A stretch of 62,816 nt of DNA, counting the filler, from Myxococcota bacterium (GTDB taxonomy: Bacteria > Myxococcota > Myxococcia > Myxococcales > Myxococcaceae): the NCBI GenBank assembly GCA_049322255.1. It is 2 parts of 2 records of this genome, joined end to end, with 100 filler letters (N's around TTAATTAATTAA, not from the genome) between each part and the next. Parts side by side here need not be neighbours in the genome. Positions count along the whole stretch, not along the records: positions 31,601 to 62,816 come from JBMORE010000037.1; 1 more part is not named here. The stretch is one strand, 5' to 3'. The notes under the pieces are model-generated. The model worked only from the letters and a program-made list of their open reading frames with translations. It was not told the DNA's origin and did no database searches. The translations under genes were made by a program, and so were the position numbers. Each line of letters starts with the position of its first letter. The first letter of the stretch is position 1. Shown here piece by piece: positions 55,405 through 62,816 of the stretch.

Positions 55405-57042
55405 CTACTCCGCGCCCATGAATGGGTACGGCACCTTCGTCGGGGGGACGAAGTTTTCTTTGATCGTCCGCGGCGACGTCCAGCGGATGAGGTTCCAGAT
55501 CGACCCCGCCTTGTCGTTGGTGCCCGAGGCACGGCTACCGCCGAAGGGCTGCTGCCCGACCACCGCGCCGGTGGGCTTGTCGTTGATGTAGAAATTGCCC
55601 GCGGCGTGACGTAGCTCGCGGGTGGCGATGGAGATCGCCTTGCGGTCGCGCGCGAAGACGGCTCCGGTGAGCGCGTAGCTCGCCGCTTGGTCGCACTCGC
55701 GTAAAGTTTCCACGTACTTCGCGTCGGGGTAGACGAAGACTCCCACCAGCGGCGCGAAGATCTCCTCGCACATGATGCGGTGGCGCGGGTTGGAGAGCTG
55801 CACCAGCGTCGGGCGGACGAACCAGCCCTCGCGGCGGTCGGTCTCTCCGCCAGCGATGATCGTCGCCTCGCCGCCCTTCTTCGCCAGCTCGATGTACGAG
55901 GAGACGTTCTTGAACGACGCCTCGTCAATCACCGCGCCCATGAAGTTGCGGAAGTCGCCGACGTCGCCGACCTTCAGCTCGGAAATCAGCTGCAAAAGAC
56001 GCGGCCGAAGCTTGGCCCAGACCGACTCGGGCAGGTACACCCGCGAGACCGCCGAGCACTTCTGCCCCTGGTACTCGAACCCGCCGCGCACGATCGCCAC
56101 CGCGAGCGCCTCGAGGTCGTCGACCGCCGACGGGTGCGCAAAGATGAAGTCCTTGCCGCCCGTCTCGCCTACCAGCCGCGGGTACTGCTTGTAGCGAGCG
56201 ATGTTCTCTCCCACCTGCCGCCACATGTGCTGGAAGGTGCCGGTCGAGCCGGTGAAATGAATGCCGCCCAGGTCGGGGTGAGGAATCGCCGTGTTCCCGA
56301 TGGTGCTTCCCTTGCCGGGGACGAAGTTGATGACGCCGTCGGGAAGCCCCGCCTCGCGAAGGAGCTCCATCACGTACCAAGCACTGTAAATCGCCGTCCC
56401 CGCCGGCTTGAGCACCACCGTGTTCCCCATCAGTGCCGGCGCGGTGGGAAGGTTGAGACCGATGGAAGTGAAGTTGAACGGCGTGACCGCCAAAACGAAA
56501 CCGTCGAGCGGCCGGTAGTCGGTCATGTTCCACATCAGCGGGCCGCTCAACGGCTGGTTCGACAGCAGCTGCTCGGCGAAGTGGACGTTGAAGCGCAAAA
56601 AGTCGATCGATTCGACGGCGGCGTCGATCTCCGCCTGGTGCGCGGTTTTCGACTGACCGAGCATGGTCGCAGCGTTGAGCAGCGGCCGGTAGCGGGTAGC
56701 CAACAGCTCGGCGGCGCGAAGGAAGATCGCCGCCCGATCGTGGAAGGGAGTCGCCGCCCACTCCGACTTGGCTTTCATCGCCGCCGCGATCGCCTGCTCG
56801 ACATGCGAGGCGTCGGCCTCATGCACAGTCGCCAAGACTTGCGCGTGCCGATGCGGCATACGCGCTTCCGAGGTTTTACCTGTGCGCACCTGTTGGCCGC
56901 CGATGACGAGCGGAATCTCGATGCGCGCATCGCTCATCCGACCAAGCGCGTCTTTGAGCTCCGCTCGCTCGGGGCTTTGGGGGGCATAGCCGAGCACCGG
57001 CTCGTTCTGCGGGTCAGGGACGCGAAGGTGGGCGTTGATCAT
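55405..57042 (-). CDS. pruA: L-glutamate gamma-semialdehyde (P5C) dehydrogenase
   Basis: NEPVLGYAP, AATMLGQSKT, PFNFT, GETGGKDF, FEYQGQKCSA and NDKPTGAVVGQQPFGGSRASGTNDKAG motifs. Confidence 0.96.
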   Translation of the reverse strand: MINAHLRVPDPQNEPVLGYAPQSPERAELKDALGRMSDARIEIPLVIGGQQVRTGKTSEARMPHRHAQVLATVHEADASHVEQAIAAAMKAKSEWAATPFHDRAAIFLRAAELLATRYRPLLNAATMLGQSKTAHQAEIDAAVESIDFLRFNVHFAEQLLSNQPLSGPLMWNMTDYRPLDGFVLAVTPFNFTSIGLNLPTAPALMGNTVVLKPAGTAIYSAWYVMELLREAGLPDGVINFVPGKGSTIGNTAIPHPDLGGIHFTGSTGTFQHMWRQVGENIARYKQYPRLVGETGGKDFIFAHPSAVDDLEALAVAIVRGGFEYQGQKCSAVSRVYLPESVWAKLRPRLLQLISELKVGDVGDFRNFMGAVIDEASFKNVSSYIELAKKGGEATIIAGGETDRREGWFVRPTLVQLSNPRHRIMCEEIFAPLVGVFVYPDAKYVETLRECDQAASYALTGAVFARDRKAISIATRELRHAAGNFYINDKPTGAVVGQQPFGGSRASGTNDKAGSIWNLIRWTSPRTIKENFVPPTKVPYPFMGAE

Positions 57043-57163
57043 CTCTTTCTCCAGATGCAAAGGCACATACCGTGCGCAGACCAGCGCTTCAACCGCCGCG
57101 CCCATTCTCTGCGGCTCGCGGTAGAAGTGGACACCTGACGCAGGCGCGTTCCGAGGAAGACTG

Positions 57164-58231
57164 ATGTCCAACTGGCCCGACCACCCCAGGGCCCTGGTTT
57201 TGAACGGCGCCGGAGTGCTGCACTGCCCGTTTTGCGGCGGGGCACTGATGCCGGAGAGCGAACTCGCCGCGTCGACGGCACAGCTGAACACACTCCTCGC
57301 GCTCGAAACCAACCGCAGCTCCGGCGCGTTCGCGCGTACGCGGACCTGCCCGAGCTGTGCGTCTCCCATGGCGCCGTGGCGCATCGGCAAACTGGAGGCG
57401 TGGGTGGAGAAGTGCCCAACCTGCGCGAACTTTTGGCTCGACCGTCAGGACCTGCGCACGCTGGAGATGCTCACCAAGAAGCACGCGCTCGTCGCAGCGG
57501 TGCAATCGCTCGCGCCAACCGAGCGCGCCCAGATGGCCAAGGATCTTGCGACGGCCACCGTCTCCGAGGACGAGCCCCGCCTCACCCCGTTCCATGCCTT
57601 CCTTGCCGCGCTCGGACTGCCGGTGGTGCAGCGCATCGACTCCAACCGCGCCCCACTCATCACCTGGGCGATGGCGCTGGCGCTCTTGGCCGTCTTCCTC
57701 TTCGGCCTGCGACACAGCTCACCCGGGCTTGCCTGGAGCAAGCTTGCCTTGGACGACGCGGCCCCCACCCTCGTGGCGGCCATCACCTCGGTCTTCGCGC
57801 ACGGAGGGTGGCTGCACCTGCTCGGGAATCTCTACTTCTTGCTCGCCTTCGGGGACGGTGCCGAGCAGAAACTGCCCCGCCCCCTCTTGGTTTTCACGTT
57901 GGCCGCGTTGGGCGCGGTGGCAAATGCAATCCAGCTTGGGCTGACCGGCGGTTCCGTAGGCGGGGCGTCAGGCGGCATCGCGGCGGTGATGGGGGCCTGC
58001 TTCGTCCTGCAGCCCAGGGCGCGGGTGGTGATAGGCCTATGGCATCGCCTCATCCTGCCCATGCCCCTGTGGCTCTTCGGCGTCTTCGAGGGGCTCTTCC
58101 AGCTCACCATGGCCGGCTTGGGCGTGCCGGGAATCGCCTGGTGGGCCCACCTCTCCGGGCTGGTGATGGGCGTGATTCTGGGCTTCCTCGTCAAGGCTCG
58201 GCAGGTCCGCGCCAAAGACTTCGCGAAGTGA
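57164..58231 (+). CDS. rhomboid intramembrane serine protease with N-terminal zinc ribbons
   Basis: CPFC, CPSC and CPTC motifs; HGGWLHLLGN, GASGG and AHLSG. Confidence 0.92.
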   Translation: MSNWPDHPRALVLNGAGVLHCPFCGGALMPESELAASTAQLNTLLALETNRSSGAFARTRTCPSCASPMAPWRIGKLEAWVEKCPTCANFWLDRQDLRTLEMLTKKHALVAAVQSLAPTERAQMAKDLATATVSEDEPRLTPFHAFLAALGLPVVQRIDSNRAPLITWAMALALLAVFLFGLRHSSPGLAWSKLALDDAAPTLVAAITSVFAHGGWLHLLGNLYFLLAFGDGAEQKLPRPLLVFTLAALGAVANAIQLGLTGGSVGGASGGIAAVMGACFVLQPRARVVIGLWHRLILPMPLWLFGVFEGLFQLTMAGLGVPGIAWWAHLSGLVMGVILGFLVKARQVRAKDFAK

Positions 58232-58264
58232 CGAACGCTCCTTTCTGCTAAAGCGCTCGACGCG

Positions 58265-59584
58265 ATGCAACGCCTCAGCGGCACGCCCTTGGGCAAGCTC
58301 GTCTCCATCGACTTGGAGGGCGAATCGATCGCCGCCGTCGAAGGGGAGCCGGTCGCTTGCTCGCTGCTCGCCGCAGGGGAGACGGTCTTCTCGCGCTCGG
58401 TGAAGTACCACCGCCCGCGCGGTCCTTTCTGCTTTACGGGCGCCTGCTCCCACTGCCTGATGCGCGTCGACGGCGTGCCCAACGTCTTTACCTGCCGCGT
58501 GCCGGCGCGGGCGGGCATGCGCCTGGAGCGCCAGAATGCCTTCCCCTCGGCGAAGCTCGATGTCTTCGCCGCCACCGACTGGCTCTTCCCCCACGGGCTC
58601 GATCACCACGAGCTTTTCGCGGGAGTGCCCATCGCCGAGAAGGTGATGCTCGAGGTCGCGCGGCACCTGGCGGGCCTGGGGCTGCTGCCGGACAAAGCGC
58701 CGCCCCAGCGGCAGCCGATGCTCTCTTTGCGCACGAAGATCGCCATCGTCGGAGCAGGCGCCGCAGGCCTCGCCGCCGCCGAAGTGCTGGCGGCCAGGAA
58801 GGTGCCCTTCCTTCTCCTCGAGCGGGAGGACTACCTGGGAGGCCGCCTCGCCCACGGCGCCCCGCTTCCCTCCGACCCTGCCATTCCGGCGCCAAGCGCG
58901 ATGCCGGAAGGCGCGGTGCATCTGGGCACCACCGCCATCGGCCTCTACGAAGATGCTGAAGGCCGCTTCCTCGCCGCGGTGGAGAACGAACGTCTGGTGC
59001 GTGTGGACGCCGATCGTTTCCTCCTCACCACCGGCGGCCACCCGCAGCTGTTCCCCTTTGAAAACAACGACCTGCCCGGCGTCTTCTCGGCGCGGGCGGT
59101 GTGCGCGCTTCTTCGGCTGCATCGGATCAAGCCCGGCAAGGTATCGGTGCTCGTCGGCGGCGGCGAAGCACTCGACGCGGTGGCCTCGTTGCTCGCCGTG
59201 AGCGGCATTCGCATCGCCGCCGTCATCGACCCTCAAGGCCGTTCTTCCCATCCCGCGGCGCTCCAGGCGACGGCGGTGAAGGCGCACGGCCGCCAGCAGG
59301 TTCGCGGGCTCACCGTGCGGCTGGGAAACGGCCTCCTGCAGCGAGTCGCCTGCGATCTCTTGGTCGTCTGCCAAAACCCCGCGCCCAGCTTCGAGCTCGC
59401 ACGCCATGCGGGCGCGCAGGTGGAATTCCGCGAGGGCGTCTTCGCCGTGCAAGCCGATGAGCTCGGGCGCACCACCCAGCGGCTCGTCTTCGCCGCCGGC
59501 GAAATCACCGGGCCGATGAATGCCCAAGCCGCGCACGAAAAAGGCCGCCGCGCCGCGCTCGCCCTCGCCGAGGAGCTGTCGTGA
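58265..59584 (+). CDS. 2Fe-2S / FAD-NAD(P) oxidoreductase, alpha-subunit-like (sarcosine oxidase / dye-linked proline dehydrogenase family)
   Basis: SRSVKYHRPRGPFCFTGACSHC, GAGAAGLAAA, FENNDLPGV and VFAAGE motifs. Confidence 0.9.
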   Translation: MQRLSGTPLGKLVSIDLEGESIAAVEGEPVACSLLAAGETVFSRSVKYHRPRGPFCFTGACSHCLMRVDGVPNVFTCRVPARAGMRLERQNAFPSAKLDVFAATDWLFPHGLDHHELFAGVPIAEKVMLEVARHLAGLGLLPDKAPPQRQPMLSLRTKIAIVGAGAAGLAAAEVLAARKVPFLLLEREDYLGGRLAHGAPLPSDPAIPAPSAMPEGAVHLGTTAIGLYEDAEGRFLAAVENERLVRVDADRFLLTTGGHPQLFPFENNDLPGVFSARAVCALLRLHRIKPGKVSVLVGGGEALDAVASLLAVSGIRIAAVIDPQGRSSHPAALQATAVKAHGRQQVRGLTVRLGNGLLQRVACDLLVVCQNPAPSFELARHAGAQVEFREGVFAVQADELGRTTQRLVFAAGEITGPMNAQAAHEKGRRAALALAEELS

Positions 59585-61068
59585 GCAAAGCGTTGGTCTG
59601 CCCCTGCGAGGACGTAACCGCCGAGGACGTGGAAAAGGCCGTCTCCAAGGGCTACTGCGACGTGGAGTCGGTGAAGCGCTACACCGGCTTCGGCACTGGC
59701 GTCTGCCAGGGCAAGTCGTGTCTTTCCGCGGTGGCGGGATTGCTTTTAGACAAGGCAAGGCTGAAGCCCGAGGCGCTCTTGCCCTTCACCCCGCGACCTC
59801 CGCTCTACCCCACCGAGCTGTCGCTCTTGCGCACCTTCCCCGTCGACGAGAGTCAGCCGCCGGTGGGTGGAGTCCCCGCGGCCCTGGGGCTCACCCACCA
59901 CGCGCTCAAGCCCGAAGGTCCGGTGCGGCCCAAGGCGCAGATCGTCATCATCGGCGGCGGCATCATGGGCCTGGCGCTGGCGCACAACCTCACCTTGCGC
60001 GGGGTGAACGACATCATCGTGCTCGAAAAGAGCTACCTGTGCGCGGGGGCTTCGGGGCGAAACGGCGGGGGGGTGCGCATGCAGTGGGGCACCTCGACCA
60101 ACATCGAGCTCGCCAAGCGCTCCATCGAGCTGATGAAGAGTTTCGCCCGCGAGCTGGGCGTCAATGTCTGGCTGCGCCAGGGCGGGTACCTCTTCCTCGC
60201 CCGCAGCCAGGGCACCTGCGAGCGCCTCGAGCGCGGAGCGAAGCTGCACCACCAACACGGCGTCTCCACCCAGCTGCTCACCCCCGACGCCGCGCGGGAC
60301 ATCGTTCCCCAGCTCTCGATGAAGGGCGTGCGTCTGTGCGCCTACAACAAGGACGACGGGGTGATTTTCCCCTGGCCCTTCCTCTGGGGGTACGCGCAGA
60401 GCTGCCAGCGGCGCGGGGTGGCGGTGGAAACCTTCACCACCGTCACCGGGTTCGAGCTTTCCGGCGGCCGGGTGCGCGCGGTAAAGACCGACCGCGGCGA
60501 CATCGCCTGCGAGACCGCCGTGCTGGCTGCCGGCGCCTGGAGCCCGCCCATCGCCCGCCTCGCCGGCGTCGAGTTGCCCAACAAACCGCACCGCCACGAG
60601 ATTCTCTCCACCGAGCCGCTCAAGCCGTTCTTGGGGCCCTTGGTCTCGGTGCTCGATGCGGGCCTGTACTTCTCTCAGTCGATGCGCGGGGAAATCGTCG
60701 GCGGCATGGGCGACCCTCGAGAACCCTCCGGGATGCAACTCGGCTCGACCTTGCGCTTCTTGTCGCGATTTTCCTCCGCCCTCACCGAGCAGATGCCCAC
60801 GCTGGGGCAGGTGAAGGTGCTTCGCCAGTGGTCGGGTCCGTACGACGTCACCCCCGATAACAGCCCCATCCTCGGGCGCACGCCCACGTTGCCCAACCTC
60901 CTTCACATGTCGGGCTTCGTCGGGCACGGGTTCATGATGGCGCCCGCAGTCGCCGAACGAATGGCAGCGTGGATGGCCACGGGTGAGTCCGACGAGCTCT
61001 TCACTCGCTATACGTTGGCCCGCTTCGCCCAAGGCCGGCTGGAGCGCGAGGACATGATTATCGGTTAG
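59581..61068 (+). CDS. BFD-like 2Fe-2S domain fused to a DAO-family FAD oxidoreductase (beta-subunit-like)
   Basis: VCPCEDVT...KRYTGFGTGVCQGKSC...TPRPP, followed by IIGGGIMG, GASGRNGG, DVTPD and GHGFMMAP. Confidence 0.9.
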   Translation: MSKALVCPCEDVTAEDVEKAVSKGYCDVESVKRYTGFGTGVCQGKSCLSAVAGLLLDKARLKPEALLPFTPRPPLYPTELSLLRTFPVDESQPPVGGVPAALGLTHHALKPEGPVRPKAQIVIIGGGIMGLALAHNLTLRGVNDIIVLEKSYLCAGASGRNGGGVRMQWGTSTNIELAKRSIELMKSFARELGVNVWLRQGGYLFLARSQGTCERLERGAKLHHQHGVSTQLLTPDAARDIVPQLSMKGVRLCAYNKDDGVIFPWPFLWGYAQSCQRRGVAVETFTTVTGFELSGGRVRAVKTDRGDIACETAVLAAGAWSPPIARLAGVELPNKPHRHEILSTEPLKPFLGPLVSVLDAGLYFSQSMRGEIVGGMGDPREPSGMQLGSTLRFLSRFSSALTEQMPTLGQVKVLRQWSGPYDVTPDNSPILGRTPTLPNLLHMSGFVGHGFMMAPAVAERMAAWMATGESDELFTRYTLARFAQGRLEREDMIIG

Positions 61069-61150
61069 AGTGTCAAGAGATCTGACAAAGAGGTAGGACA
61101 ACATCCTCCTTGCGCCGTGCGATAATCCCTTCACCAGCCAGGACGGTTCT

Positions 61151-61981
61151 ATGTCTCGAGTCGACACCAAAGCGCCTGCCGCTCCCAAAGCCAGCAAGGC
61201 CAAGGTGAAGAGCAGCAAGGCCCGGGCTCCCAAAGCGGCGAAGGCGGCCAAGACAGCCGGCGTCGCTGTTTCGCCCAAGCTGTCTGATCGGTTCGACCCG
61301 CTGAAGGCGGCGGTGGCCGAGGTGGCCCAACCCACCGCCGAGGCGGCCGCGCCCGCGGTGATGCGCGCGCTCTACGGAGCCGCCAGCATGCTCGAGGGCG
61401 GAGCCGCAGCCGAGGCGGTCGCCTCTGAAGCTGCCAAGGTCGTCTTCAAGTCCCCTGAGATGATGGCCGCGTTCAAGCACGCGTTGCCGGCGCTCGAGGC
61501 AGCCACCACCGCCGTCGGCGGCCAGGCCGCTGGAGCCATCGCCAAGAAAGCGCTTCCCCTGCTCGCCAATGGCGAGACGGTGAAGGCCGTCATCAAGGTC
61601 GCCGGAGACGTCGGAGGCCCAAGCGGGCGCCGGCTCGTGGGCGCGGCGATTCGCGGGCTCTCGAAGGGTGGCCTGACCCACTGCACTGCCGAAGTCGCCG
61701 CCACCGCCGCCAAGGTGGGCGCCAAGGCCACTGCGGCCACCACCGCCGGCAAGGCGTTGGGCAAGGCGCTCCCGCTGGTGGGCAATGCCCTCAACCTCCT
61801 CTCGGTGGGCACCGCGTTGGTGGGGCTCATCAAGTCGTTCAAAGACCCCAACACGACCGGTGGCGGCCGGCTCGCCCACGCGTTGCACCTGGCCTGCTCG
61901 GTGGTGGGCTGCTTCATCCCACCGGTGGGCGTGGCCGGTGACGTGGCCCTGATGGGAGCCAAGGCCGCCGGTGTGAAGTAG
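61151..61981 (+). CDS. Ala/Lys-rich hypothetical protein with C-terminal hydrophobic helices
   Basis: AGGA ribosome-binding site; high GC3; KA-rich N-terminus; LPLVGNALNLLSVGTALVGLI and ALHLACSVVGCFIPPVGVAG segments. Confidence 0.75.
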   Translation: MSRVDTKAPAAPKASKAKVKSSKARAPKAAKAAKTAGVAVSPKLSDRFDPLKAAVAEVAQPTAEAAAPAVMRALYGAASMLEGGAAAEAVASEAAKVVFKSPEMMAAFKHALPALEAATTAVGGQAAGAIAKKALPLLANGETVKAVIKVAGDVGGPSGRRLVGAAIRGLSKGGLTHCTAEVAATAAKVGAKATAATTAGKALGKALPLVGNALNLLSVGTALVGLIKSFKDPNTTGGGRLAHALHLACSVVGCFIPPVGVAGDVALMGAKAAGVK

Positions 61982-61983
61982 AG

Positions 61984-62016
61984 GTCCTCCCTCCTTCTGG
62001 GAGAGGGTGAGGGGTG
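61984..62016. repeat. degenerate copy of the REP-like element
   Basis: GTCCTCCCTCCTTCTGGGAGAGGGTGAGGGGTG, directly after a stop codon. Confidence 0.65.
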
Positions 62017-62104
62017 TTGGGATCGACGCAGGGCGAGCCCCGTAAGCGCATACGTATTGAGTCAATCCACGGCGCGCGCGCCAGCGTTGGATTACGTTGG
62101 GTGC

Positions 62105-62752
<648 letters not shown>

Positions 62753-62816
62753 TCTTTGGCCCCCAGGTGTCGATGGAGGCTCAGATCGATCTGACTGCGC
62801 ACCAGTCCAACGACGC

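Noticed and set aside
61071..61087. TGTCA-N7-TGACA inverted repeat as an operator
   Set aside because: Arms are only 5 bp and it occurs once, so it could arise by chance.

Overview
GC-rich bacterial sequence, very likely Myxococcota (Myxococcaceae-like, probably a draft or metagenome assembly), judged from a carD-carG pair, AgmC-like/MYXO-CTERM proteins, Cys-rich lipoproteins and eukaryotic-like Ser/Thr kinases. The window is not one continuous molecule: an N-TTAATTAATTAA-N linker at 31501-31600 joins two contigs, and there is a 100-N scaffold gap at 17962-18061. The left contig carries tandem AgmC-like paralogs, a CaiB CoA-transferase, tRNA-Ala(CGC), a TPR/Mrr-like/Cys-rich lipoprotein operon, a gamma-glutamylation catabolic cluster, a 2.3 kb islet bounded by a duplicated 3' end of a GT-C glycosyltransferase gene, carG-carD, an MMPL-MlaC-TolC operon and a kinase. 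The right contig carries an MCE/Mla-type operon with two permeases and two complementarily degenerate ATPases, a hybrid kinase, a sigma54 promoter-MBL hydrolase-GAF bEBP unit, a kinase plus FHA-GAF-adenylate cyclase pair, truD, an ECF sigma module, pruA with a domain-shuffled dye-linked proline-dehydrogenase-like pair, and msrA. The strongest new observations are the asymmetric MCE ATPase pair, the islet inserted at a gene 3' end, a REP-like element translated in frame inside a protein, and a CarD with a hybrid AT-hook/H1-like tail. All calls come from reading motifs by eye; no database searches were run.
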